A DNA stretch of 41,232 nucleotides from Fimbriimonadales bacterium (GCA_045862955.1 BTVI01000031.1:1-41232); one strand, 5' to 3'. Counted from the stretch's first letter, positions 16,947 to 27,535 are shown. Notes: generated from the letters alone by a model not told the origin. Numbers and translations: made by a program.

Positions 16947-19325
16947 GTGAACGACTTGCTACTGGCTCCTCTGCTGTCACTCGTCATGCTGTCTCAGGGC
17001 CCCCAGCCCCCTCCCGGACCCCCTGTGCGGGGATTGGCGGGCGACCTTTGGGCGGACGTAGTCATCGGTCAGCCCGACTTCCACGAGGTGGTGCCTGGCG
17101 TGGTGTCGGCCGGCACCGTGTTCAACCCTGGCGGGGTCATCGTGGACCGCTCCCACCGGCCGAACCGCATCTACGTGTACGACGGGGGCAACAGCCGGGT
17201 CCTCGGCTTCAGCAGGATAGGCTTCTGCGCGGGTGGCCCCGACAAAGGCAAGCCCGGCACCTGCGACTCCGACTTCCCCGGATTCGGCATTGTCCTCGCC
17301 GAGGGCCTCGGTGCCGACTTGGTGATCGGCCAGCCCGCGTTCGATCGTGCGTCGGCAAACCAGCACGGAAACTTCGACACCTACCCGGCAGTTCCGCCCG
17401 CGGGGGCCACCACACTGGCCACCATGCCGGTGGATCAGATTAGCCTCACCGAAGGCGGCTCGTTTGCCAACATGGCCGTGGATGACAAGGGCAACTTATA
17501 CGTTCCAGACTTCGGCAACCACCGGGTGCTACGATACGACAGCCCATATGAGACCGATACCATCGCCGATCATGTGTGGGGCCAGCCCGACCTAACTAGC
17601 AACGCTCCGAATCATGGGCGAGGCTATGGCAAGCCCGATGCCTCCTCGCTCGCGCTGCGCAGCCCTGGCAACTTGGGCTTCGTCGGCGGAGTCGGGCTAG
17701 ACCCGCAGGGCAATCTATGGGTGTGCGACAACGAGAACTGCCGCGTGCTGCGATTTCCAGTGAATCCAGACACCGGGGTTCCTGGCATGACCGCCGACTT
17801 GGTGTTGGGACAACCCGACTTCACTAGCTGCGTCCGTGGAAAGGAACTGAATCAGATGAGCGCACCCGCCGCGGTGCGTGTAGACAAGGACGGAACAGTC
17901 TACGTTGCCGATTCGCTGAACGACCGTGTGTTAGTGTTTCGTCCCCCACTGCATAACGGCATGGCAGCATCGGGTACGTTGGGCGACGACATCGCCTTTC
18001 CTCAAGGCCTGGAGTTCGACCCCGGGACGGGAGGCCTGTGGGTCCTCGACACCAACCACAGCCAAGCTCTGTTGTTCGTGGACGGCAAAGTGAAGAAGTG
18101 CCTTGTCACCGATGTGCCGAGGAAGGATCGAGGACCGGGTCGCGCTCGAGGCGACCGTGAGGACAGCCCATTCTTTATGACCGAGCCTCGTGGGGGGATG
18201 GGAGTGGACTCGGATGGAAACGTGTACATCGCTTGCTCGACGAATGTGCAGGATGTGTGGCGATTCCCCGCGCCTATCGCTGAGCCACGCCCAGGCGTAG
18301 CCCGCTCATCAGACTATCGCATGTTCAAACGCGAGCCGTTAGATCGCGTAGCAAGTGAGGCGAAGATGTTCAGTGCACGCGGCGTGGCAGTGGCGGCTGA
18401 ACAACTCATCGTCGCCGATGCTTACGCCGTGCTGTTCTGGGATGGCGTGAGGCACCTAACTAACGGAGCCAAGGCGAGCGGCCTCGTGGGTGCGCAGGGC
18501 TTTCGCCGTCTCACTCCGGGGCCGCCCTATGGCCGACTGCGAGCCGACAAGGCCGGCCACCTGTTTGCGGTACGCGGAGATGCGATAGAGGTGTATCATC
18601 TGCCGCTGCGCCACGGCGATATGCCCTATCTCACGATTCGGCCGCCCGTGCCAGTAGTCGGCGGAGGTGAAATGAGGTGGACCGAGGGTCTCAACATCGG
18701 TGGCATCGCCGTGGCCCCCGACGGCTCGGCTCTCTGGCTCTCCGACCCGGATATCCACGCGGTGTTTCGCCTGCGCGACCCGCTAACACACCCCGCAATG
18801 GACGTACTGCTCGGCCACCCCGACTTGGCGGAAAGGCGGCCAAACAACGGCGGCAAGATCGGGCGCGATACGTTGGCCTGGCCCGGAGCCCTGGCGCTCG
18901 ATCCCAAAGGTAACCTCTTCGTCGCGGATCACTCTCTGGAGGTGAGTGGCAACCACCGTCTGCTGGAGTACGATGCCGCCCTGTTTCCGCCCCACCCCGA
19001 CAAGGCCATTTTCGGTGTTCCGGCGTCCCGTGTGTGGGGTCACGGGGGCTCTTTCACCGGCACCGAGAGCGCCGAAGAACACCTATCCCTGTTCGAGCCG
19101 GCTTTCGACTCTCGCGGGAATATGGTTGTAGGTGCAAACGGTTACAGTGGCAGACGCTTTCCGCTCGTCTTCGGGGATCCGTATGAGAACAAGCTGCCGG
19201 TCGCTGCGTTGGGTGACTTTCACTCGATGCCCTACGCTGCCACGTTCGATGACGAGGACAACCTGTACATCACCGATCTGAATCGCGCTAGAGTGCTAAT
19301 CTACCGGAAGCCCTTCGCGAAGTAA
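16947..19325 (+). CDS. Secreted NHL-repeat (beta-propeller) protein
   Basis: Signal-like N-terminus. Repeated ADxVxGQPDF and GNLYVxDxxNxRVL units. Confidence 0.8.
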   Translation: MNDLLLAPLLSLVMLSQGPQPPPGPPVRGLAGDLWADVVIGQPDFHEVVPGVVSAGTVFNPGGVIVDRSHRPNRIYVYDGGNSRVLGFSRIGFCAGGPDKGKPGTCDSDFPGFGIVLAEGLGADLVIGQPAFDRASANQHGNFDTYPAVPPAGATTLATMPVDQISLTEGGSFANMAVDDKGNLYVPDFGNHRVLRYDSPYETDTIADHVWGQPDLTSNAPNHGRGYGKPDASSLALRSPGNLGFVGGVGLDPQGNLWVCDNENCRVLRFPVNPDTGVPGMTADLVLGQPDFTSCVRGKELNQMSAPAAVRVDKDGTVYVADSLNDRVLVFRPPLHNGMAASGTLGDDIAFPQGLEFDPGTGGLWVLDTNHSQALLFVDGKVKKCLVTDVPRKDRGPGRARGDREDSPFFMTEPRGGMGVDSDGNVYIACSTNVQDVWRFPAPIAEPRPGVARSSDYRMFKREPLDRVASEAKMFSARGVAVAAEQLIVADAYAVLFWDGVRHLTNGAKASGLVGAQGFRRLTPGPPYGRLRADKAGHLFAVRGDAIEVYHLPLRHGDMPYLTIRPPVPVVGGGEMRWTEGLNIGGIAVAPDGSALWLSDPDIHAVFRLRDPLTHPAMDVLLGHPDLAERRPNNGGKIGRDTLAWPGALALDPKGNLFVADHSLEVSGNHRLLEYDAALFPPHPDKAIFGVPASRVWGHGGSFTGTESAEEHLSLFEPAFDSRGNMVVGANGYSGRRFPLVFGDPYENKLPVAALGDFHSMPYAATFDDEDNLYITDLNRARVLIYRKPFAK

Positions 19326-19329
19326 CCGA

Positions 19330-20220
19330 CTATCTCGACTTCTCGAGGTGCTTGTCGAAGAACGAGCTCACCAAAGCTACCATATCGGATGTCGAGAAGC
19401 CGGGGCCTCCGTGCGCCGCGTCTGGCAGCATCTTCAGAGTGGACTCCACACCCACCGCTATCAGCGAATCGTGCAGCCGCTTACTTTGGCTCGGAGGGAC
19501 CGTTCTGTCCCTTTCGCCATGTACGATGAGGAACGGCGGATCATCCTTGGAGACGTAGGTTACGGGACTGGCCTTCCGTGCTTGCTCCCTGCGCTCTCCG
19601 ACCGTACCGCCTAACAGCAATCCCTCGGGCGAGTCTGCCCGACCGTGGTTCTCGAAGCCCCTCTCGCGCGCCATCGCGGTAAGGTCACTGGGGCCGAAGT
19701 AGTCACAAACCGCCTGCACTCGGCTGGAGACGTGCGGGTAGTCGCCGACCTCGAATTCCTTTGCGTCACCCGCGGTGCCCAGCAGGGCAGCAAGATGCCC
19801 TCCTGCCGAGGAGCCCCAGGCACCGAAGTGGTCGGGATCCAATCCGTACTTGCCTGCGTTGGCCCGCAACCACCGAACCGCTGCCTTGCAGTCTTCGATC
19901 TGCGCAGGAAAGGTCGCGATGCCCGTCAGGCGATACTCGATCGAAGCGACCGCATAGCCCCGCTCCACGAAGCCCATGCGAGCGGGCAGGCATTGACCCT
20001 TGCTTCCAGCACGCCATCCCCCGCCGTGGATCCAGATGATCAGGGGGTAAGGAGCCTTGCCGGATGACGGCAGGTAGAGGTCCAGCCTGAGCTTCGTATC
20101 GCCCACCCTTCCATACACCAGATCTCGATGGGTGGGAGGCTGCGAACTCGCCTGAGTGGCGGCTGCCCCGCGAGGTAGCGTCAAGAGAACTACGACACAG
20201 AGAACGGTGCCCAACGCCAT
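19330..20220 (-). CDS. Secreted alpha/beta hydrolase (esterase/lipase, HGGG type)
   Basis: Motifs IHGGGW, GSSAGG (nucleophile), HGERD and AAHG, with a signal peptide. Confidence 0.9.
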   Translation of the reverse strand: MALGTVLCVVVLLTLPRGAAATQASSQPPTHRDLVYGRVGDTKLRLDLYLPSSGKAPYPLIIWIHGGGWRAGSKGQCLPARMGFVERGYAVASIEYRLTGIATFPAQIEDCKAAVRWLRANAGKYGLDPDHFGAWGSSAGGHLAALLGTAGDAKEFEVGDYPHVSSRVQAVCDYFGPSDLTAMARERGFENHGRADSPEGLLLGGTVGERREQARKASPVTYVSKDDPPFLIVHGERDRTVPPSQSKRLHDSLIAVGVESTLKMLPDAAHGGPGFSTSDMVALVSSFFDKHLEKSR

Positions 20221-20269
20221 ATCCTGTCAGACGCTCCAGACGGCAGGGAGTTCGCTGCGGCCAGCCCCG

Positions 20270-21379
20270 CTACCGCTGCTTCTCCCCGGCCATCTCGTCA
20301 ATCTCTTCCAGGCGGAAGCGCACGCTGACGATGTAGGGCTGCTCGTCCTTCTTCCAGTGACCGTAAGTGGTGCATACGAAGGTGCCGTCGGGCAGCACCT
20401 CGACACCCGGATACGCGCAGTCCGCGCCGACCAGATTATCCATCAGGCGGATGCGATACTGCCCTTGCCGCCCCTTCAGGATGTCCTCGAATGTGCCAAC
20501 CCACGCCACCCAGTCACCATAGGTGGCAGAGCCCTTCGCCATGTCACGAAAAGATACTACCAGTCTGCCGTCTGGTGCGTACTTGGCAGTATGCCTGTCA
20601 CCGGTCAGCGAAGCCGGCAGCTCCTTGGGAGCACTCCACGTGGCCCCCTCGTCGGTCGAGAACATCACGTGCGAGTTCTTCACGCGACGGTTCTCTCGCA
20701 GCAGTGCCGCTAACACGCGCCCATCCGGTGAGCGCACGATTCCCGGCTCGCATAGGTGGATGTCGCTCCCCGACCACACGGCTTTCGGCTCGCTCCATGT
20801 GAGGCCACCATCCGCGGAGCACGTCTGGTAGAGGCTGAACGTGCCGGACGCCTTACCGTCCTTACGGAAGAATCGCCCGTCGTCGTGAAACATCGCCAGG
20901 TAGCGACCGTCGGCCAGCTGCACGACGGATCCCATTACCACGATGCCACCCCACTCACCGACGGGTGTTAGTGGAGACCAGCTCTTCCCATCGTCCTCGG
21001 ATACGGCTAGGCGTGCCGGGTATAGGCCGGACCACAGTATCAGCCGCTTCTTGCCGGTGACAGGCTCGATGACGCGGTGGATGGTTGGCACCTCTTGGCT
21101 GGTAGCCCAGTTCTCCGGCACCGGGAGCCTCTCCGACCACGTCAGCCCGCCGTCTTCGCTACGTTTCATCACGATAGCGCCCTTGCCATGGCCCTTCGGG
21201 TACACGCACAGGATGGTCTTGCCGTCCTCGAGCAGCACTGTGGTGGGGTGACCGAGGTACTGCCCCTCCTCGCGGTCTACGATCACTTGCCGCGCCGTGT
21301 CGTTGGACAGGTCAACGAGCGGGATCGCGCCGGGCGCCGTGCCATCTTGCACCACCAGCATTATCATCAGCGGCAACAT
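20270..21379 (-). CDS. BNR/Asp-box sialidase-like beta-propeller protein
   Basis: Four Asp boxes (SEDGGLTW, SEDDGKSW, SADGGLTW, STDEGATW) and DCAYP. Start reassigned to ATG 21379; the upstream part of the ORF is REP DNA. Confidence 0.82.
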   Translation of the reverse strand: MLPLMIMLVVQDGTAPGAIPLVDLSNDTARQVIVDREEGQYLGHPTTVLLEDGKTILCVYPKGHGKGAIVMKRSEDGGLTWSERLPVPENWATSQEVPTIHRVIEPVTGKKRLILWSGLYPARLAVSEDDGKSWSPLTPVGEWGGIVVMGSVVQLADGRYLAMFHDDGRFFRKDGKASGTFSLYQTCSADGGLTWSEPKAVWSGSDIHLCEPGIVRSPDGRVLAALLRENRRVKNSHVMFSTDEGATWSAPKELPASLTGDRHTAKYAPDGRLVVSFRDMAKGSATYGDWVAWVGTFEDILKGRQGQYRIRLMDNLVGADCAYPGVEVLPDGTFVCTTYGHWKKDEQPYIVSVRFRLEEIDEMAGEKQR

Positions 21380-21491
21380 GCCGCCACGATGCCACGATCC
21401 CACGCTCTGCCACCTCGTCATCTCTCCGTCCGCCCTCCTGCCTTGGTGGCTACCGCACGCCGACCGCGGCTCTCCAGGCAGCACCCATACC

Positions 21492-21596
21492 GTCATGCTG
21501 AGCTCGTCGAAGCATGACCTCGCATGCCGCAAGCCATCACCTGCCGCTACCGCCGTGGCGGCAGTCGGTTGCATGCTTCGACGAGCTCAGCATGAC
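21492..21596. repeat. Inverted doublet of family A REP
   Basis: GTCATGCTGAGCTCGTCGAAGCATGAC (21492-21518,+) and CATGCTTCGACGAGCTCAGCATGAC (21572-21596,-), with an internal hairpin CTGCCGC...GCGGCAG. Confidence 0.93.
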
Positions 21597-21619
21597 GGTA
21601 TGTACTCCCTCGAGCTCTG

Positions 21620-22396
21620 TCACCTACACCCACCGGCCGGATCGGGTGCGATCTCCTTGCGTGTCGGAAGGTACTGGCAGAAGAGCGGACCACGGTTATC
21701 CCACGTCCCCACTGCCATCAGCGGGTACCGCTTCGCGTGACCGTCGGTGTGAAGCAGGTTGGAGCCATCCGTGTGCTGGTCGCCGTGGTTGTCGTTGTAG
21801 TCCGGCCAGAAGCCACCGTCGTTGATGGTCTTGGCGCTCTCGTCGTACAGCAGGAAGGTGTTAGACGGGTAGGTGATACGTGACTGACTGATAGTGGGAC
21901 CCTGCCAGTTGGACTGCGGGTACTGCAGCATGTACATGTTCATCGAGTAGGTGGTCCACGCCTTGCTGGGATTCCACATGCCGCCCATATAGGGGTTGCT
22001 GACTGGTTTCGTCTGCGATGGGCAGCGGTAGATGCCGGCTCCCTTGGCATAGGGCCACAGCTGTCCGAGCTTGGGGTCTCCGATGTAGCTGCACATCCAC
22101 GAGATGCCCGGCACCCACCACTCGCTGGTGCAGCTCTCGCAACCGCGATGGTTACACACCCACGCGTGCACCCCGTCGAATCCGTAAGGCGACGGGAAGC
22201 GGTTGCCGTTGTCGTCGCAGTACATGATGAACGAGCGGCCGAGCTGTCCCATATTGCTCAGGCAGGTCGTCGCGTTCGCCTTCTCCCGCGCCCGAGCGAA
22301 GACGGGAAACAGGATTGCCGCCAGGATGGCGATGATCCCGATGACCACGAGCAACTCGATGAGCGTGAAGGCGCGCCGGTTGACAGACCGCTGCAT
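21620..22396 (-). CDS. Prepilin-type N-terminal cleavage/methylation protein with H-X9-DG C-terminal motif (DUF1559-like)
   Basis: N-terminus [34 protein letters not shown]...CLSN and C-terminal HTDGSNLLHTDGH. Start ATG 22396. Confidence 0.9.
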   Translation of the reverse strand: MQRSVNRRAFTLIELLVVIGIIAILAAILFPVFARAREKANATTCLSNMGQLGRSFIMYCDDNGNRFPSPYGFDGVHAWVCNHRGCESCTSEWWVPGISWMCSYIGDPKLGQLWPYAKGAGIYRCPSQTKPVSNPYMGGMWNPSKAWTTYSMNMYMLQYPQSNWQGPTISQSRITYPSNTFLLYDESAKTINDGGFWPDYNDNHGDQHTDGSNLLHTDGHAKRYPLMAVGTWDNRGPLFCQYLPTRKEIAPDPAGGCR

Positions 22397-22680
22397 CGAA
22401 CGATATTCTACCATAAACCCAGAGCGAATGCACCTTGCCTCTTGCAACTGACACTGCGGGGGCAGAAGGAGCACGCCCCGCCGAGATAGGACTGCTTCTC
22501 GTGGGCCGTCCTGCACCTCCCGCAGCATTTCTCTGCCACGCTAACTTGCAGTGCGCTGCGAGGGTGGTAGGCGCGACGTAGCTCCAGTCATTCCGCAAAC
22601 GTGATCGCTTTGGGTGGCCAAACGCTTGCCTCCGAATTGCTCGATGATGCCAGGATTACATCCTCGACCCGAGCACACAC

Positions 22681-23505
22681 TCAGCACAGAGGCTCGAGCA
22701 GTGCGATGGCGCGGCGGATGTCGGCCACTTGCTGCTCGCCGCTGATCTCCCTCTCGATGGTCAGTGCCCCGCGGTACCCGAGGCGCTTCAGGCCACCTAT
22801 CAGCCTCGGGAAGTCCACCTTGCCTTCGCCCAGCGGAGTCTCGCGGCCCAATCGCATCGGATCGGTGGGGTATTCCCCATCCTTGGCATGTACCCCCCGC
22901 ACATACGTACCAATCACATCCAATGCGTCCACCGGGTTGCCCTTGCCGTAAAGGATCAGATTAGCAGGATCGAGGTTCACTCCCAAGTTGTTAGTTCCGA
23001 TGTCTGTCATGAGTCGCAACAGCGTCACCGGCGTCTCCTGCCCGGTCTCGAACCACAGTCCGACTCCCAGCTCCTTGCATCGCTCGGCCACCCGCCGCAG
23101 CGCCTCCACGGTGCCCGGATAGAGCGGGTCGGCGGGGTTCTCCGGCACGAAGCCTGCATGGGTGGAGATACTGGGTACGCCGATGCGAGCTGCGAACTCC
23201 GCGCCCTGGATCAGTGCGGCCACACGCTGCTCGCGGAACTCCGGCGGCACGAGACCGATGGTGCTAGGCCCCTCGGTGAAGTTCCACTTTGCCGGACCAG
23301 GGTACCCCGCCCACACGGATGTCACATCCACACCCAGTTCCCTGCTCGCGGCACTCAGGGAGGATGCGTTTTCGTCGCTGTACTGCGACATGTCCCAGCA
23401 GTTCAGTTGGCAGTTGTCCAGGCCTAGCTCGCGGACCTTCTGAAGCTCCTCGCGGACGTTCGGACGGAGGGTCATCATGACCCCGATTCGAAGCTTTTCG
23501 CTCAT
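22681..23505 (-). CDS. Sugar phosphate isomerase/epimerase (xylose isomerase-like TIM barrel)
   Basis: Motifs THAGF, FETGQE, NLDPAN, HAKDG, LGEGKVDF and LTIERE. Start ATG 23505 after AGGGAG. Confidence 0.88.
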   Translation of the reverse strand: MSEKLRIGVMMTLRPNVREELQKVRELGLDNCQLNCWDMSQYSDENASSLSAASRELGVDVTSVWAGYPGPAKWNFTEGPSTIGLVPPEFREQRVAALIQGAEFAARIGVPSISTHAGFVPENPADPLYPGTVEALRRVAERCKELGVGLWFETGQETPVTLLRLMTDIGTNNLGVNLDPANLILYGKGNPVDALDVIGTYVRGVHAKDGEYPTDPMRLGRETPLGEGKVDFPRLIGGLKRLGYRGALTIEREISGEQQVADIRRAIALLEPLC

Positions 23506-23624
23506 AGCGACGCTCCCTTGCTGGTGAGATGTGGGGCGCGGCGCATGCCGCGCCCCATTCGATTCCTCGTGCTTCGCCCGCGACCTGCCGCGTACCGGCA
23601 CATTGGGCCATGCGACCCGTGCGG

Positions 23625-24755
23625 CTACTCCAGCACGTGGATGTTTCGCTTCGCGCACATCTCCTTCAGCACCTTCGGCCACACGGTCACACTCACCTCG
23701 CCTAGGTGTGCGCGCCGAAGTAACAGCATCAGCGTCCGCGACTGACCGATACCACCACCGATGGACAGTGGTATCTCATCATTGAGAATGGCCTGGTGAT
23801 AGGGGAGTTTCAGAAAGTCGAGCTGCCCCGTCATCTCGAGCTGCTGCCGCAGCGTCTCTTTGTTCACACGGATACCCATCGAAGAAAGCTCGTGCCTGCG
23901 GCGCGTCACGGGGTTCCACACGAGGATGTCACCGTTGAGCCCGTGCATCTGCTTTCCGTTTTTCACGATGGTAGGTGTCACCCAGTCGTCATAGTCGGCG
24001 GCACGCATCTCGTGCGGATAACCGTCATCGAGTGTCCACCCGATGCCGTATATGAAGATGGCCGGGTACTCCTGCAAGATCGCCGTCTCTCGCTGCTTTC
24101 GCGGCATGTCCGGGAAGCGCTCCAGGATCTCCTCGGCATGCAGGAAGGTCAGCTCATCCGGCAGATTGGGGTACTTGTCGGTCTTGAGCGCAGGGAACAG
24201 CTCCTGTGCATATAGCTCGGCGCCCTTAATCACCTTCCAGATGCGCTTCACGGTGTCGGTTAGGTAGTCGAGGTTGCGGTCGGCAGCCGTGATCACCTTC
24301 TCCCAATCCCATTGATCCACATAGGCGCTGTGATCGTGATCGAGGAAGTAGTCTTTCCTCACCGCGCGCATGTCGGTCACGATGCCTTCGCCGACATTCA
24401 TTCCGAATTGCTTCAGCGCCACGCGCTTCCACTTGGTGGCAGCTTGCACTACCTGTGCGTGGATCGGGTTCTTGCCGTGATCGTTGTGGATGTAGAACTC
24501 GATGGGTGTGCGCGAGCCGTCACGATCCAGATAGTCGTTGACACCACTGTCGCGATCCACGATGAGAGGTACCTCTACGCGGATCAGGTTTAGCTCCTTG
24601 CACAGTCCGTCCTCGATATACCGCTTGACGGCAGTGATCGCCTGCTGTGTCTCCTTGGGGTTCAAGAGCGGGTAGTAGTCGTTCGGTAGGATCTTCTCGA
24701 TCTCTTCGTAAGTGCCGATGCCGGGGCCGGCCAAATCTGCGACTTTGTCAGACAT
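23625..24755 (-). CDS. asnA: Aspartate--ammonia ligase
   Basis: Motifs KWKRVAL, DMRAVRKD, HSAYVDQWDWEK, RAADYDDW, ELSSMGIRV and SIGGGIGQSR. Start ATG 24755 after AAGGAG. Confidence 0.94.
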   Translation of the reverse strand: MSDKVADLAGPGIGTYEEIEKILPNDYYPLLNPKETQQAITAVKRYIEDGLCKELNLIRVEVPLIVDRDSGVNDYLDRDGSRTPIEFYIHNDHGKNPIHAQVVQAATKWKRVALKQFGMNVGEGIVTDMRAVRKDYFLDHDHSAYVDQWDWEKVITAADRNLDYLTDTVKRIWKVIKGAELYAQELFPALKTDKYPNLPDELTFLHAEEILERFPDMPRKQRETAILQEYPAIFIYGIGWTLDDGYPHEMRAADYDDWVTPTIVKNGKQMHGLNGDILVWNPVTRRRHELSSMGIRVNKETLRQQLEMTGQLDFLKLPYHQAILNDEIPLSIGGGIGQSRTLMLLLRRAHLGEVSVTVWPKVLKEMCAKRNIHVLE

Positions 24756-24935
24756 GTTTCTCCTTCGCCTCATTGCGTAGATGGCATTCGTCGCCGCGTC
24801 GCCGAGGGGAGTGCTCGCACAGCCCGGAAGGGTCCCGGGCTCCGTCGCCCAGCGCTCCGGACCTGCACCACCGCGACCGGCGATGTTCGTCCTGTTGTAC
24901 CCCGTGCGAGGCCCCAGCCTACAGGGGAGAGCGCC

Positions 24936-25772
24936 GTGGATTGCAGGCGAGCAGGGCTCTATGCCGAACCGTGTCGCGTGATCGGGTGCGAACCGAGGCT
25001 GGAGCCGCCTATCAAGTGGGCGGGGGGCAAGCGCTGGTTGACGCCGGTGCTGCAAGAGAAGTACAGCCGTCACCGGCACCGTCGGCTGGTGGAGCCGTTC
25101 GTCGGCGGAATGGCCGTGGCCTTCGCGCTGCGGCCGCAGCGTGCGCTGCTCGCCGACCGCAACGAGCACCTGATCAACTTCTGGCGCGAGGTGCAGAAGG
25201 GGCTCGTCATCGAGATGCCGATGGAGTACGACCGCGACCTCTACTACCGGCACCGGGCGCGCTTCAACGAGCTGATCTCGCGAGGCGAGGCGCACGGGCG
25301 CGAGGCTGCATCGCTCTTCTACTACCTCAATCGCACGGGCTACAACGGGCTGTGCCGCTTCAACTCGAAGGGGCTGTTCAACGTGCCCTTCGGCAGGTAC
25401 GAGACGGTGACTTATCGCCGGGACTTCCGAGAGTACGTTCCGGTGCTCCGCTCTTGGCAGCTGATGGTAGGCGACTTCGAGGATCTCCCCGTGGAGGCCG
25501 ACGACTTCATCTACGCCGACCCGCCCTACGACGTGGAGTTCACACGGTATGCCAAGGACGACTTCGGGTGGGAGGATCAGGAGCGTCTGGCGAAATGGCT
25601 CGCCGCTCACCCCGGCCCTGTGGTCGCATCCAACCAGGCGACGCCCCGAGTGCTCTCTCTCTACCGGGGGCTCGGTTTCAGCGTCCAGACGTCACCGGCC
25701 CCGCGCCGCATCTCTTGCACCGGCGACCGCCGCCCGGCCGAGGAAATGGTGGCGACCCGCAACGTAGTCTAG
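24936..25772 (+). CDS. Dam/D12-class N6-adenine DNA methyltransferase
   Basis: Motifs PPIKWAGGKRW, VEPFVGG, YLNRTGYNGLCRFN..G.FNVPFG and YADPPY. The start may be GTG 24978. Confidence 0.92.
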   Translation: MDCRRAGLYAEPCRVIGCEPRLEPPIKWAGGKRWLTPVLQEKYSRHRHRRLVEPFVGGMAVAFALRPQRALLADRNEHLINFWREVQKGLVIEMPMEYDRDLYYRHRARFNELISRGEAHGREAASLFYYLNRTGYNGLCRFNSKGLFNVPFGRYETVTYRRDFREYVPVLRSWQLMVGDFEDLPVEADDFIYADPPYDVEFTRYAKDDFGWEDQERLAKWLAAHPGPVVASNQATPRVLSLYRGLGFSVQTSPAPRRISCTGDRRPAEEMVATRNVV

Positions 25773-25837
25773 ACCCTCGCGAAGTGCCCCCGGTACGATT
25801 CGCTCGCTCGCCATCGGAGAGGGTAACCGGTGTAGAC

Positions 25838-26608
25838 ATGGCAAGAAAGGGAACGCTGCTCGTAGGCACCAGCGGGTGGTCGTATGTCCACTGGGCGAGG
25901 GGCGTTTTCTACCCGAAAGGACTGAAGCAGGCAGGGTGGCTCGCGTATTTCGCCGGGCGCTTCCGCACCGCGGAGGTCAACATGTCCTTCTACCGCCTGC
26001 CTCCCGAAACGATGGTGGACCGCTGGCGCGATGCAGTGCCCGATGGCTTCGTGTTCGCCGTGAAGATGTGGCGCCGCGTCACCCACGAGCGAAGGCTGAA
26101 GGGCGCCGAAAGGGAGATTGCGGACTTCTGGCGCTCCGCCAGTCGACTCGGCAACACGCTCGGTCCGATCCTGGTGCAGCTTCCGCCGCGGCTGCCGGTG
26201 GACTTCGACGTGATCGATGGCACTCTCGCTACGCTGCGAGAGGTGACGGGCGGAGCGGCTCGCGTCGCGGTGGAGTTCCGCAACGAGGCTTGGCTCAGCG
26301 CGGAGACGAAAGCGCTGCTCGACCGCCATGGCGCCGCCCTGTGCGTGCAGGATCACGGCCTCTGCACCAACACCGAGCCGAACGACGCGCCGTTCGTGTA
26401 CGTACGACGACACGGACCTTCCGGGCGTTATGCGGGCTGCTACAGCGAAAAGCAACTGAGCGAGGACGCATCGCGTATCCGCGGATGGCTCGACGAGGGT
26501 CGCGACGTTTACGTGTACTTCAACAACGACATCGAAGGCCACGCAGTCCGCAACGCCCTGCGCCTTCTGGAGTTGGCAGGCACCGGCCCCCCGTCACACG
26601 GAGGCTAG
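25838..26608 (+). CDS. DUF72 (YecE-like) protein
   Basis: Motifs VGTSGWSY..W...FYP, EVNMSFYRLP, LVQLPP, AVEFRN..W, YVRRHG and YVYFNND..GHA..NA. Start ATG 25838. Confidence 0.92.
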   Translation: MARKGTLLVGTSGWSYVHWARGVFYPKGLKQAGWLAYFAGRFRTAEVNMSFYRLPPETMVDRWRDAVPDGFVFAVKMWRRVTHERRLKGAEREIADFWRSASRLGNTLGPILVQLPPRLPVDFDVIDGTLATLREVTGGAARVAVEFRNEAWLSAETKALLDRHGAALCVQDHGLCTNTEPNDAPFVYVRRHGPSGRYAGCYSEKQLSEDASRIRGWLDEGRDVYVYFNNDIEGHAVRNALRLLELAGTGPPSHGG

Positions 26609-26700
26609 AATTCCGGCGAAGCAAGCCTCGGACGAGTCGGGCGATCTGACTGGTTCGAAGCGTCCGACCGGCCACCCACCCGAGGAAGGAACGGCACACC

Positions 26701-26857
26701 ACCGATGAAGGAACTCGCGCAGCTCGCTCTCGACACCGCCAAGTCTTACGGCGCGGACTACGTGGACGTCCGCGTCAACCGCTCTCGCCGACAGAACATC
26801 TACTGCGAGAACGAATGCGTCGGCCCTAGCCGGGCTCGGTTCGGGCTAGGGCCGTAA
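26701..26857 (+). pseudogene. Truncated duplicate of the tldD 5' end (40 codons, 50-aa ORF 26705-26857)
   Basis: 26701-26825 matches 28086-28210 at 120/125 nt. It translates MKELAQLALDTAKSYGADYVDVRVNRSRRQNIYCENECVG, then diverges and stops at TAA 26855. Confidence 0.9.
26821..26854. terminator. 11-bp hairpin at the duplication junction, downstream of the PEP-CTERM gene
   Basis: Arms CGGCCCTAGCC (26821-26831) and GGCTAGGGCCG (26844-26854). Confidence 0.5.
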
Positions 26858-26872
26858 CCCACTGCGCTCGAC

Positions 26873-27535
26873 CTAAGCCTTGCGTCGGCGAAGAGCCGCC
26901 AGTGCCAAACCGAGGCCGGGAACGAGCAACGCCACCGAGCTCGGCTCCGGAGTCATGGTACTGGTCAGAGGCACGTCGATCCGCCACAGACCGCCTGGCC
27001 CTGCCAGCTGACCCGCGTCTAGCTCGAACCGTTGGCGCAGATAGTGCGTCCCTCCGGAGGTGTAGAGAAAGGTCGGGCCGGTGACCGTAATATTGCTCCA
27101 GGTTGCCGAGCCGGCAGTTAGGGACAAGGGAATCTGCGAGTTGGAAACTCCCTGATAGTTCGTGAAAAAAGTTTCAGCGATCCCAGTCGTATTCGAGTAG
27201 GTTCCGAAAGCAGGAGGCTGGGAGAATCCGTCGAGATGCGTCGTCGTGAACATCGGGACAGCCGTTGGCGCCCACGCTGGGTCCAGTGGCCTGTCCACGT
27301 ACCACTGGATCAACAAGCCGCTCCAAGTACCGGCATGGACCTGAATCCAAATGTCTCCGCTCACGTCGAAGCCATTAGGCAGGTTTGTGATAGTTAGGTT
27401 ATTGGTGACTACCGCTCCTACCTGGGACCATGGTGCGACGCTGAAAAACGCTGGCCCGAGAAACTGAGAATAGACGGTGCTAACCGATAAAGCAGTGACT
27501 GCGGTCAGCAGCGAAAGCTTGCCCAACATGTTCAT
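26873..27535 (-). CDS. PEP-CTERM sorting-domain secreted protein
   Basis: Signal peptide MNMLGKLSLLTAVTALSVSTVYSQ and C-terminus TPEPSSVALLVPGLGLALAALRRRKA. Start is 27535 or 27529. Confidence 0.88.
   Translation of the reverse strand: MNMLGKLSLLTAVTALSVSTVYSQFLGPAFFSVAPWSQVGAVVTNNLTITNLPNGFDVSGDIWIQVHAGTWSGLLIQWYVDRPLDPAWAPTAVPMFTTTHLDGFSQPPAFGTYSNTTGIAETFFTNYQGVSNSQIPLSLTAGSATWSNITVTGPTFLYTSGGTHYLRQRFELDAGQLAGPGGLWRIDVPLTSTMTPEPSSVALLVPGLGLALAALRRRKA

Noticed and set aside
24647..25837. Long N-terminal extensions making 653-aa DUF72 and 661-aa AsnA 'fusions'
   Set aside because: The extensions are alternative-frame or antisense read-through of the methylase gene in GC-rich DNA. Family homology starts at 25838 and 24755.
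24936..26608. Complete type II restriction-modification system
   Set aside because: No recognisable restriction endonuclease. DUF72 has no established restriction activity.
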